A stretch of DNA of 45,977 nucleotides from an uncultured Dehalococcoidales bacterium (GTDB taxonomy: Bacteria > Chloroflexota > Dehalococcoidia > GIF9 > AB-539-J10): contig CAZVCS010000001.1 in NCBI GenBank assembly GCA_964625765.1, positions 1 to 45,977 of the forward strand, given 5' to 3'. How positions within the stretch are numbered: the first letter of the stretch is position 1; every line of letters starts with the position of its first letter. Shown one piece after another: positions 17,699 through 26,050 of the stretch. The notes below the pieces were generated by a model. That model had not been told where the DNA came from. It saw only the letters and a list, made by a program, of their open reading frames with translations, and searched no databases. Both the position numbers and the translations under genes were made by a program.

Positions 17699-17965
17699 CT
17701 ACCTCCTCAGCCCCAGCTTGCCCACCAGCACGCCGTAACGTTCGGTTTCGGTTCTCTCCAGATACGCCAGCAACCTGCGACGTCGGCCGGTGAGCCTCAG
17801 CAGCGCCCGACGGGTGCTGTGGTCGTGTTTGTTCGCCTTCAGGTGGTCGGTCAGGGCGTTGATGCGCTGGGTCAGAAGCGCAATCTGCACATCGGCAGAG
17901 CCCGTGTCGCCCTCCTTCAGCCCGTACTGACTGACGATTTCCTTCTTCTTCTCAGACTGCAACAT
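17699..17965 (-). CDS. rpsO: 30S ribosomal protein S15
   Basis: 88 aa, with [35 protein letters not shown] typical of S15. Its stop is 1 nt from the pnp ATG. Confidence 0.95.
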   Translation of the reverse strand: MLQSEKKKEIVSQYGLKEGDTGSADVQIALLTQRINALTDHLKANKHDHSTRRALLRLTGRRRRLLAYLERTETERYGVLVGKLGLRR

Positions 17966-17973
17966 AATCGCGG

Positions 17974-18002
17974 ATTATACCACAGGCCTGCTGCATTGAC
18001 CA
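17974..18002 (-). promoter_or_regulatory. Candidate rpsO promoter (TGGTCA-17 nt-TGgTATAAT), 8 nt from the ATG
   Basis: The minus strand reads TGGTCAatgcagcaggcctgtggTATAATccgcgattATG. TATAAT (17979-17974) is perfect and is preceded by a TG. Confidence 0.5.
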
Positions 18003-18025
18003 CACGGGCAAAGGGCAACTATAAT
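17996..18025 (+). promoter_or_regulatory. Candidate purF promoter (TTGACC-18 nt-TATAAT)
   Basis: TTGACC at 17996-18001 and TATAAT at 18020-18025. The purF ATG is at 18043. Confidence 0.5.
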
Positions 18026-18042
18026 CTGGCGCAGGGCCCTTC

Positions 18043-19431
18043 ATGCACGAGAGCTGCGGCATCTTCGGCGTCTTCGCCCCGGGACTGGATACAGCGCGAC
18101 TGGTCTTCTTCGCGCTGTTCGCGTTGCAGCACAGGGGGCAGGAGGCGGCCGGCATCGCCGTGTCCGACGGTGAGCGGCTGGAGATGTATGCGAACCCGGG
18201 CCTCGTCTCCCAGGTGTTCACGGAGGAGGACCTGGCCTCGCTTAAAGGGTTCGCAGCAGTCGGCCACACCTGCTACTCAGCCAGCGGTGCGCGACGTCCT
18301 GCGACGCCCCAGCCCATCATGGAGCACAACGGGCGCTGGAGCCTGGCGCTGGCGCACAACGGAAACGTGACCAACGCCGACGTGCTGCGAGCCGAACTCG
18401 AGGCGTCCGGCCTCGTGTTCCGGTCGCAGTGCGACGCCGAGGTGATCGCGAAGCTCATCGTCACAGCCCATGGCGCCACGTGGAGCGAGAAGCTGTCACA
18501 CGCGCTGAGCCGGCTGCAGGGCGCCTATTCCATTGCCATACTGACCCCGCAGGCGCTCATCGCCGCGCGGGACCCCATGGGCGTGAGACCCCTGTCGCTG
18601 GGGAGGCTGGATGGCGGCTACGTGGTCGCTTCTGAGACATGCGCCTTCGACCACATCGGAGCGCGGTTCGTACGGGACATCCGTCCCGGGGAAGTGCTCA
18701 TCCTCGACGCCGGCGAGACGTCGTTCCAGCAGCCGCGGAACGGCAGGCGCGCCTTCTGCGTCTTCGAGCACATCTACTTCGCCCGACCCGACAGCACAGT
18801 GGAAGGGCGTCTCGTCTACGAGGCCCGGCTCGCCATGGGCGCGAAGCTGGCTGAAGAGCACCCGGTAGACGTCGACTACGTCGTGGGCGTCCCAGACTCG
18901 GCGACGGCCGCCGCCATCGGCTATGCGCGGGCGTCCGGCATTCCCTATCGCGAGGGACTCCTGAAGAACAGGTACGTCGGACGCACGTTCATCGCGCCGG
19001 ACCAGCGCCTGCGGGACCTCGGCGTGCAGCTCAAGTTCAACCCGCTCAGCAGCCTCATACGCGACAAGCGCCTCGTGGTCGTGGACGACAGCATCGTCCG
19101 CGGCACGACCACACCGCACGTGGTGAACCTGCTTCGTCAGGCCGGGGCCCGAGAGGTGCACCTGCGCATCTGCGCTCCGCCGCTGAGGCATCCGTGCCCT
19201 CTGGGCGTGGACATGGCATCGGAGTGGGAGCTTATCGCGGCGCGAATGTCGGAACCCGAGATCCGTGACTACCTTGGCGTCGACTCGCTCGGCTACTCAA
19301 GCCTGCCCGGCCTGGTTGATGCCGTCGGATTGCCGAAGGAGTTGCTCTGCCTCGCCTGTTTCGACGGAGACTACCCGCTCCCGGTGCAGATGGGGCTATC
19401 CGGGCTTGCCACTGAGAGTCGCGCGAAATGA
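18043..19431 (+). CDS. purF: Amidophosphoribosyltransferase (glutamine PRPP amidotransferase)
   Basis: MHES-CGIFGV (Ntn Cys after a short propeptide), a PRTase motif (VVVDDSIVRGTT) and a C-terminal Cys cluster (CLACFDGDYP) are present. Confidence 0.95.
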   Translation: MHESCGIFGVFAPGLDTARLVFFALFALQHRGQEAAGIAVSDGERLEMYANPGLVSQVFTEEDLASLKGFAAVGHTCYSASGARRPATPQPIMEHNGRWSLALAHNGNVTNADVLRAELEASGLVFRSQCDAEVIAKLIVTAHGATWSEKLSHALSRLQGAYSIAILTPQALIAARDPMGVRPLSLGRLDGGYVVASETCAFDHIGARFVRDIRPGEVLILDAGETSFQQPRNGRRAFCVFEHIYFARPDSTVEGRLVYEARLAMGAKLAEEHPVDVDYVVGVPDSATAAAIGYARASGIPYREGLLKNRYVGRTFIAPDQRLRDLGVQLKFNPLSSLIRDKRLVVVDDSIVRGTTTPHVVNLLRQAGAREVHLRICAPPLRHPCPLGVDMASEWELIAARMSEPEIRDYLGVDSLGYSSLPGLVDAVGLPKELLCLACFDGDYPLPVQMGLSGLATESRAK

Positions 19432-20465
19432 CCCAGCAACCACACAAGAGCGGACAGGCCTCTTCGTACGCCGCGGCAGGCGTCAACATCGCTGACGCGG
19501 ACTCAATCAAGGCGAGGATTCAGACAGCGCTGGCCTCCACGCTGGACGCCCGAACGCTCGGCGTCGGTTCGTTCGGCTCGCTCTTCAGCATCGGGAGCGC
19601 CGGGGACACGGTGCTCGTCTCCAGTTGCGACGGCGTCGGCACGAAACTGAAGATAGCCGCGCTCCTCGGGCGCAATCGTTCGGTGGGACACGACATCGTC
19701 AATCACTGCATCAACGACATCCTCTGCTGCGGAGCGATGCCGCTGTTCTTCCTTGATTACATCGCAATGGCGCGGCTCGACTCGGTTCAGGTTGCCGACA
19801 TCGTGGAGGGACTGGCGGAGGCGTGCCGTGAGAGCGGTGTGGCCTTGATCGGCGGAGAGACGGCCGAGATGCCGGGCTTCTACACCGAAGGGATCTACGA
19901 CCTCGTCGGCTTCATCGTCGGCATCGTCGAGCGACCCAACGTCATCGACGGACATACCATCGTGCCGGGAGACGTGCTGCTGGGCCTGCCGTCGTCCGGC
20001 CTGCACACCAACGGGTACTCACTGGCACGGAAGGTATTCAATGTGGATGGCGACCCGGCCCGACTGCGCCGTGTGGAGAGATCCCTGGGGAAGACCCTTG
20101 GAGATGCGCTGCTGGAGCCACACCGGCCGTATCACCGCGTTCTGGCGCCACACCTCGCCCGCATCAAAGGACTGGCGCATATCACGGGCGGCGGGTTCCC
20201 GGGCAATGTGCCTCGAACGCTCCCTTCAGGGCTCGGCGCCCGAATCGACCGTACCGCGTGGCCGGTGCCTCCGCTGTTCCGCCTCATTCAGAATGAGGGG
20301 AACGTGGATGACGAGGAGATGTACCGCGTCTTCAACATGGGCATCGGTATGGTTGTCATCACCTCACCCGAGGCATCGCGCGAGTTGGTGCGCGCGCTCC
20401 CGGGCACGTACACTATCGGCAGCATCGTTCGCCACGAGAGCGGCGAACGCGTCGTCGTAGAATAG
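19428..20465 (+). CDS. purM: Phosphoribosylformylglycinamidine cyclo-ligase (AIR synthetase)
   Basis: SYAAAGVNI, DGVGTK and ITGGGF motifs are present. An ATGA overlap joins it to purF. Confidence 0.95.
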   Translation: MTQQPHKSGQASSYAAAGVNIADADSIKARIQTALASTLDARTLGVGSFGSLFSIGSAGDTVLVSSCDGVGTKLKIAALLGRNRSVGHDIVNHCINDILCCGAMPLFFLDYIAMARLDSVQVADIVEGLAEACRESGVALIGGETAEMPGFYTEGIYDLVGFIVGIVERPNVIDGHTIVPGDVLLGLPSSGLHTNGYSLARKVFNVDGDPARLRRVERSLGKTLGDALLEPHRPYHRVLAPHLARIKGLAHITGGGFPGNVPRTLPSGLGARIDRTAWPVPPLFRLIQNEGNVDDEEMYRVFNMGIGMVVITSPEASRELVRALPGTYTIGSIVRHESGERVVVE

Positions 20466-20474
20466 GGGGAACGC

Positions 20475-21998
20475 ATGCGGGCAATTCTGAGCGTATCCGA
20501 CAAGGCGGGAGTAGTCGACTTCGCGCGCGGCCTTCGCCGAATCGGCGTGGAGCTGTTCAGCACCGGCGGCACCAAGAAGGCGATTGCCGACGCCGGCGTC
20601 GAAGTCCGGAGCATCTCGGACCTCACGGGATTCCCCGAGATACTTGACGGCCGCGTGAAGACGCTTCACCCATCCGTCCACGGCGGCATCCTTGCCCGGC
20701 GTGATGTCCCGGAGCACATGGAGGCCATCAGGCAGGCAGGCATCTCGACCATCGACATCGTGGTCGTGAACCTCTACCCCTTCGTACAGACCGTCACGAA
20801 GAGCGGCGTGAGTCTGGAGGACGCGATCGAGAACATCGACATCGGCGGTCCGACCATGATTCGCTCGGCAGCCAAGAACTACGAGTCGGTCGTCGTCGTG
20901 GTGGACCCGGCGGACTACGGGCCGGTGCTGCAGAGGCTCGAGAAGGGCGAACTCGACAGCGAGGCCCGCATGAAGCTGGCTCAGAAGGCCTTCCAGCATA
21001 CCGCCTCCTATGACACCGCTATCGCGCGCTACCTCTCCGGCGAGATGTTCCCGGAGCACATGACGCTGGCGCTGGAGAAGGGCTATGGGCTGAGATACGG
21101 CGAGAACCCTCGACAGAAGGCGTGCTTCTATACGCTGCAGGATGTGAAATCGCGGGATCGAGGTCTCGGCGCCCTCACGCACCTCAGCGGTCCCGAGATA
21201 TCCTTCAACAACCTGCTGGATTTCGACTCGGCCGTCAACACGCTCGCAGGGTTCTCCGGCCCGACCGTTGCCGTGCTGAAACACACGAATCCGTGCGGTC
21301 TCGCCAGCAGGGAGTCGCTGGCGGAGGCATACCGCCTGGCGCTTTCAGGCGACCCGGTGGCCGCGTTCGGTGGTGTGGTGGCAACCAACAGGCCGATCGA
21401 CCTTGAGACGGCGGAGGAGATCAACAAGACGCACTACGATGCGGTCATAGCGCCGTCCTTCGCACCCGAGGCGCTTGCCCTGCTCTCGAAGAAGAAGAGC
21501 CTGCGCCTGGCCAGCGTGCCGTTCCCGGAAGCAGAGGACGAGGGGCTCGAGTTCCGCAATGTCAGGGGCGGATTCCTCGTCCAGACGCGTGACATTATCG
21601 GAGACGAGGAGCTGAAACCGAAGGTCGTATCGAAGCGTCAGCCGACAGCGGAGGAGATGAGCGATCTAGCCTTCGCATGGCGGGCCGTCAAGGCCGTCAA
21701 GTCGAACGCTATCGTGATCGCTAAGGATTCCGTGCTGCTCGGCATGGGCGCCGGGCAACCGTCGCGGGTGGAATCGGTATCCATCGCTCTCAAGAAGGCG
21801 GGAGACAAGGCGCATGGGGCGGTGCTGGCCAGCGACGCGTTCTTCCCGTTCGCCGACGGTCCCGAGCTGGCGCTGAAGGCCGGTATCGTAGCGATGATTG
21901 AGCCCGGGGGCTCGGTGAATGACAGCGAAGTCATCGAGATGGTTGAACGGCACGGAGCGACCTTGGTCTTCACCGGGGCGCGCCACTTCAGGCACTGA
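20475..21998 (+). CDS. purH: Bifunctional AICAR transformylase / IMP cyclohydrolase
   Basis: ALISVSDK-like N-terminus (ILSVSDKAGVVDFA), plus GRVKTLHP, VVVNLYPF and KHTNPCG motifs. Confidence 0.95.
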   Translation: MRAILSVSDKAGVVDFARGLRRIGVELFSTGGTKKAIADAGVEVRSISDLTGFPEILDGRVKTLHPSVHGGILARRDVPEHMEAIRQAGISTIDIVVVNLYPFVQTVTKSGVSLEDAIENIDIGGPTMIRSAAKNYESVVVVVDPADYGPVLQRLEKGELDSEARMKLAQKAFQHTASYDTAIARYLSGEMFPEHMTLALEKGYGLRYGENPRQKACFYTLQDVKSRDRGLGALTHLSGPEISFNNLLDFDSAVNTLAGFSGPTVAVLKHTNPCGLASRESLAEAYRLALSGDPVAAFGGVVATNRPIDLETAEEINKTHYDAVIAPSFAPEALALLSKKKSLRLASVPFPEAEDEGLEFRNVRGGFLVQTRDIIGDEELKPKVVSKRQPTAEEMSDLAFAWRAVKAVKSNAIVIAKDSVLLGMGAGQPSRVESVSIALKKAGDKAHGAVLASDAFFPFADGPELALKAGIVAMIEPGGSVNDSEVIEMVERHGATLVFTGARHFRH

Positions 21999-22041
21999 TT
22001 GACTGGCCGGGCAGGCGCGTGACGCGCCGGAGGGATGTCCG

Positions 22042-23568
22042 ATGGCACGAGCGCTACTTCTCATAGATACGGTGAGGGGATTCCTCGAAGAGGGTCACCC
22101 CCTCTTCTGCGGGCCGCGCGCCCGCCGGATCATTCCGGCCATCCAGCGTCTTGCCTCCCGCGAGGCCAGGCAAGGCACGCATATCCTCTTCGTGTGCGAC
22201 CAACATGCCCCAGACGACCCCGAGTTCAAGCAGTTCCCGCCCCATTGCATTGCAGGCAGCGAAGAGACCCGACTCGTCCCCGAGATAGCAGGCATCGACG
22301 GAGTGATGGTACCCAAGCAGCGAATCAGCGCTTTCGATGGCACAACGTTGCACCGGACGCTGAAGGAACGCGATGTCACCGAACTCGTCATCTGCGGTGT
22401 GTGTACCGACATCTGCGTGCTGCACACGGTCGCCGACGCACGGAGGTTGGGGTACGAAGTCGAGGTACCTGCCGATTGTGTGGCCTCATTCGACGAAAAG
22501 AAGCACGGTTTTGCGCTCGACCACATGCAGAACGTGCTGGGAGCGAGGGTGACGTCCCGAGTCGATCCTCCCGTACGGCAGCAGTGGGACATCCCACAGG
22601 ACTGGCTGAGCGGGGCAACCGCCGACGTCTACTTCCTGCGAACCGTCGAGATACTGAAGAAGGAAGGCGTCAACCCGGTTGTCACCATGGAGGTCTTCCC
22701 GCGGCGCGACGGCATCCTGTGCGGCATCGAGCAGGTGAAAACCCTGCTGCGGCAGGTGCTGCCGGCTTCCGGCGCCGAGGTGTGGTCGCTGGAAGAGGGC
22801 GAGAGCTTCTCCCGCAAGGAGGTCGTCCTGCGCATCACGGCCCCATACCAGAGCTTCGGCGTGTACGAGACCTGCTACCTCGGAATCCTGGCCCACTGCT
22901 GCGGCTGGGCCACGGCCGCGCGCGAGTGTCTGGAGGCCGCCAGAGGACTTCCTGTCCTGAGCTTCGGCGCCAGGCACGTGCACCCGTCGGTTGCGGCAGT
23001 CATGGAGTACTCGGCCATCGTCGGCGGCTGTACGGGTTGCGCCACCACGGCTGGGGCCGAACTCGCCCGCATGAAGCCGGTGGGCACGATTCCGCATGCC
23101 CTCATCATCATCATGGGCTCGACGGCCGCCGCGACACTGGCATTCGACCGGGAGATGGGCCCGGAGGTTCCCAGGATAGCACTCGTTGACACATTCGAGG
23201 ACGAGGTGAGAGAGAGCGTCGCGGTCGCGAAAGCGATGCAGGGTCGCCTCAACGGCGTTCGGTTGGACACCCCATCCGAGAGGGGGCGAGTCACCGCGGA
23301 CCTGGTCAAGGAGGTTCGCGCATGGCTCGACCTGGAGGGCTTCAAGAACGTCAAGATAGCCGTGAGCGGCGGGCTCGACCCCGAGCGTATCCGGTACTTC
23401 CTTGACGAAGGTGCTCCGGTCGACCTCTTCGCCGTTGGGAGCTACATCAGCGATTCGCGCCCCATCGACTTCACCGCGGACCTGCACGAGGTAGACGGCA
23501 GGCCCATTGCGAAGCGCGGTCGCATGCCGGGCGTCACGCCCAACCCCAGGCTCAAGCGAGTGCTGTAG
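22042..23568 (+). CDS. Fusion protein: N-terminal nicotinamidase (PncA-like isochorismatase fold) and C-terminal nicotinate phosphoribosyltransferase (archaeal/type II PRTase-like)
   Basis: Residues ~1-180 carry LLLIDTVRGF (Asp), CDQH..FPPHCIAGS (nicotinamidase metal/signature motif), VPKQRISAF (Lys) and CGVCTDICV (Cys). Residues ~190-508 resemble the short NaPRTase family (ADVYFLRTVEILK ... GARHVHP ... GVRLDTPS ... KIAVSGGLD). It is a single uninterrupted frame. A GGAGGG lies 7 nt upstream of the ATG. Confidence 0.8.
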   Translation: MARALLLIDTVRGFLEEGHPLFCGPRARRIIPAIQRLASREARQGTHILFVCDQHAPDDPEFKQFPPHCIAGSEETRLVPEIAGIDGVMVPKQRISAFDGTTLHRTLKERDVTELVICGVCTDICVLHTVADARRLGYEVEVPADCVASFDEKKHGFALDHMQNVLGARVTSRVDPPVRQQWDIPQDWLSGATADVYFLRTVEILKKEGVNPVVTMEVFPRRDGILCGIEQVKTLLRQVLPASGAEVWSLEEGESFSRKEVVLRITAPYQSFGVYETCYLGILAHCCGWATAARECLEAARGLPVLSFGARHVHPSVAAVMEYSAIVGGCTGCATTAGAELARMKPVGTIPHALIIIMGSTAAATLAFDREMGPEVPRIALVDTFEDEVRESVAVAKAMQGRLNGVRLDTPSERGRVTADLVKEVRAWLDLEGFKNVKIAVSGGLDPERIRYFLDEGAPVDLFAVGSYISDSRPIDFTADLHEVDGRPIAKRGRMPGVTPNPRLKRVL

Positions 23569-23636
23569 CGGGGAAGTCACGCCATGAGTCCAGAGCACAC
23601 CTGGTTGTCGCCGCCTTCCTGCAGCGGAGCCGCTCA

Positions 23637-24101
23637 GTGACAGGACTGGACATCGCCATCACCATCTCGCTGTGCGTCTCCGCCGCCTTCGGCTTCTGGA
23701 AGGGCATCGTCAGGGCGGTGGTCGGCATCGCCGGGTTGCTGGGAGGCATACTTCTTGCGGGGGCGTACCACGAGCGGGTAGCGGCAGTGCTCTGGCCGGA
23801 GGGCGGAAGCTGGTGTCCCATTGCAGCGTACGCGCTGACGCTCGTCACCGTCCTCATAGCAGCGGCGGTCGTCGCCGCACTGCTGGCCCACGTCATCCAT
23901 CTGACTGCTCTCGGTCTCGTCGACCGCATAGCCGGGCTGGTCATCGGCGTCTTTGTCGCGGCGATGGCCTGGGCAGTGCTGCTCAACGCGCTGCTGTCAG
24001 CCGTTCCCGGCATGGAGGGGCTGGTGGACGGCTCCGCGCTGGCGCCCTTGCTGCTCGAGCTGCTGACTGCCGTCTCAGGCGCCTATCCCGCAAACGCGTA
24101 G
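23637..24101 (+). CDS. cvpA: CvpA family membrane protein
   Basis: A small four-TM protein with the CvpA-like N-terminus DIAITISLCVSAAFGFWKGIVRAV. It has a GTG start with a GGAG 8 nt upstream. Confidence 0.75.
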   Translation: MTGLDIAITISLCVSAAFGFWKGIVRAVVGIAGLLGGILLAGAYHERVAAVLWPEGGSWCPIAAYALTLVTVLIAAAVVAALLAHVIHLTALGLVDRIAGLVIGVFVAAMAWAVLLNALLSAVPGMEGLVDGSALAPLLLELLTAVSGAYPANA

Positions 24102-24146
24102 ACTGCGCCACGGCGGCCGCTGAGTGATGCGGGATGAGGTCGCGGC

Positions 24147-24473
24147 CTACTCGGCCAGGACCGCATCCAGCATCTTCTTCAGATCCTTCTTCGATTTCAG
24201 GCCGACCAGTTGCTGCGCCGGTTCGCCCTTCTTGAAGAGGAGGAGCGTCGGAATCGCTGCGATGCCGTACTTGGCGGCGATAGAGCTGTTGTCTTCGACG
24301 TTGACCTTCGCGAACCCCACCTTGCCCTCATACTCGCGAGCCAACTCTTCGACGATAGGCGCTGCGGCGAGGCAAGGGGCACACCACTGCGCCCAGAAAT
24401 CGACCAGGACGGGCATCTGGGACTCGAGCACCGAGCTCTTGAAGCTTTCTTCGCCGTTGATGGCCTGTACCAT
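24147..24473 (-). CDS. trxA: Thioredoxin (WCAPC active-site variant)
   Basis: VLVDFWAQWCAPC and PTLLLFKKGE motifs are present. I chose the ATG at 24473, which has an AAGGAGG 10 nt upstream and lies just after the tatD stop. Confidence 0.9.
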   Translation of the reverse strand: MVQAINGEESFKSSVLESQMPVLVDFWAQWCAPCLAAAPIVEELAREYEGKVGFAKVNVEDNSSIAAKYGIAAIPTLLLFKKGEPAQQLVGLKSKKDLKKMLDAVLAE

Positions 24474-24474
24474 G

Positions 24475-25269
24475 CTATGCATCCTCCTTAGACTCGGGTG
24501 GGGCTGGAACGCCAATCAGCTCTCTGGCGGCATCCGCCGTGTGGGTAGCCACATCGTCCTCGGTCTCCGCTCTCAACTCCGCCGCCGCCCTCAGGCTTCG
24601 CAGAACATCCGCCGGCGCCGCCTGAAACCGTTCCGTCCGACCGTACCACACCGGCGTATCAGTCTCAAGCAGCAGACGCCCCCGGGGGGCCTGCCTTACC
24701 GCGCGTCTGTGCTCTTCGTGATACTCCGCGGCAGGAGTAGCGGAAACGTAGTAGCCGGCATCCATTATACCCTTCAGTACGGACGCGAAGCCAGTGAACC
24801 AGTGGAAGACGGCGCGCTTGACCCGCGCCTCGACCACGAGGCGCAGCGCATCAGTCCAAGCATACCGGCTGTGGACGAGCGCCGGCAACCCGCTTGTCGC
24901 GGCGGTCGTCAGAAGCACGCGCAGGACCTCCTGTTGCAGCTCCTTCGGGACGTCGGCCAGGGTTCGCTTATGGTAGTCCAGTCCTATCTCACCCAGCGCA
25001 CACGCCACGCCCAGGTTGTCACGTATGAAGTCAAGCTCCCGTGCGATGCGTGCTTCGCCGTGCTCGACAAGCTCGCATGGGTGAAGTCCAAGCGCCGGGT
25101 AGACGTAGCCGGGTGAGTCCTGCGCGATGCGCAGCACGCTCTCGTTCGAGGGCTCATCGACGCCAACGGCGATGATGCCGGCAACACCCGCCTCGCGAGC
25201 AGTGTCAAGCACGCGTTCAAGCTCCGGCACCTGATCGAGGTGCGCGTGCGTGTCGAACAACGCCTTCAC
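24475..25269 (-). CDS. tatD: TatD family metal-dependent hydrolase/DNase
   Basis: LFDTHAHLD, GEIGLDY, HSR and ETDTP motifs are present. The GTG start overlaps the upstream ORF's stop (GTGA). Confidence 0.85.
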   Translation of the reverse strand: MKALFDTHAHLDQVPELERVLDTAREAGVAGIIAVGVDEPSNESVLRIAQDSPGYVYPALGLHPCELVEHGEARIARELDFIRDNLGVACALGEIGLDYHKRTLADVPKELQQEVLRVLLTTAATSGLPALVHSRYAWTDALRLVVEARVKRAVFHWFTGFASVLKGIMDAGYYVSATPAAEYHEEHRRAVRQAPRGRLLLETDTPVWYGRTERFQAAPADVLRSLRAAAELRAETEDDVATHTADAARELIGVPAPPESKEDA

Positions 25270-25577
25270 TCCCGTCGTTCCTCAAGTATCCGCCTGTAGA
25301 GCTCAAGCCCGCCGGCGGTGGGCACATACGCGTGAAGAGCCCCTCGTCCACCGGGTTCACGGTCGATGAGGCCGGAGCGAACGAGGACGCGCAGCATAGT
25401 CTCGCCGAAGTACCCGGTCAACTGGAGGTAGTGGTCAGCGACGGCCCGCCCGGTTTCCTCGTAGCGCGAGCAGATGAGGCGCAGCAGCCGGGCAGGTTCG
25501 TCATCGAGGCTACGCACCAGCTCCCGCATCGTGTCGGTCTCGTGAATCCGCGCAACAAACTCATCATATGCGGTCAT
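25266..25577 (-). CDS. Hypothetical small protein (~103 aa), possibly winged-helix-like
   Basis: The ATG at 25577 has AAAGGAAGCGGAG upstream. The composition is coding-like and the stop overlaps the tatD start. I do not recognise a family. The ORF-track 25709 start would run through the divergent promoter region. Confidence 0.55.
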   Translation of the reverse strand: MTAYDEFVARIHETDTMRELVRSLDDEPARLLRLICSRYEETGRAVADHYLQLTGYFGETMLRVLVRSGLIDREPGGRGALHAYVPTAGGLELYRRILEERRE

Positions 25578-25711
25578 ACTCCGCTTCCTTTCATGCCATG
25601 TCGAGAGGTCAGGTATTCTAGTCGGTGAAGCCCCTGTCGGCAAACCGCGGCATTGACAGTCCCTGCGCGCACTGCTAGTGTGACATGCGTCCGCGGGGAC
25701 AGGATGCAAAT

Positions 25712-26050
25712 ATGACCAACTACGAGCGCGAGTTCCTCAAGGGAAGCACCGACTGCCTCATACTCAGTGTGGTGAACGACGGCCCGACGTACGGCTATGA
25801 GCTCATCAAGGAACTCCAGAGCCGGAGCGACGGGTATTTCCACTTCCGCGAGGGCACGCTCTATCCCGCCCTGCACCGCATGGAGCAGGAGGGACTCCTC
25901 GAGGGCAGGTGGCAGACGCTCCCCGGTGGCCAGGAACGGCGTTACTACTACATCACACCGCGAGGCAAGGAGATGCTGGCTCACAAGCGGGCGGTCTGGT
26001 CGGACTTCTCCGCTGCCGTGAAGGCGGTCTTCAAGCCGGAAGCCGGCTGA
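25712..26050 (+). CDS. PadR family transcriptional regulator
   Basis: ILSVVNDGPTYGYELIKEL....FREGTLYPALHRMEQEGLLEG is the PadR winged-helix signature. A candidate promoter TTGACA (25653-25658)-17 nt-TAGTGT lies upstream. Confidence 0.85.
   Translation: MTNYEREFLKGSTDCLILSVVNDGPTYGYELIKELQSRSDGYFHFREGTLYPALHRMEQEGLLEGRWQTLPGGQERRYYYITPRGKEMLAHKRAVWSDFSAAVKAVFKPEAG

Noticed and set aside
22035-23189. 384-aa ORF in another plus-strand frame, plus a 370-aa minus-strand ORF (22486..23598)
   Set aside because: Both overlap the PncA-NaPRTase fusion frame, which has clear catalytic motifs. The alternatives are Arg/Pro/Gly-rich with no motifs.
24380-24400. Thioredoxin active site WCAPC instead of WCGPC
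   Set aside because: This is a known natural variant of the CxxC motif, and on its own it is not evidence of novel function.
24124-25116. 330-aa ORF on the plus strand
   Set aside because: It is antisense to trxA and tatD, both of which have clear family motifs.
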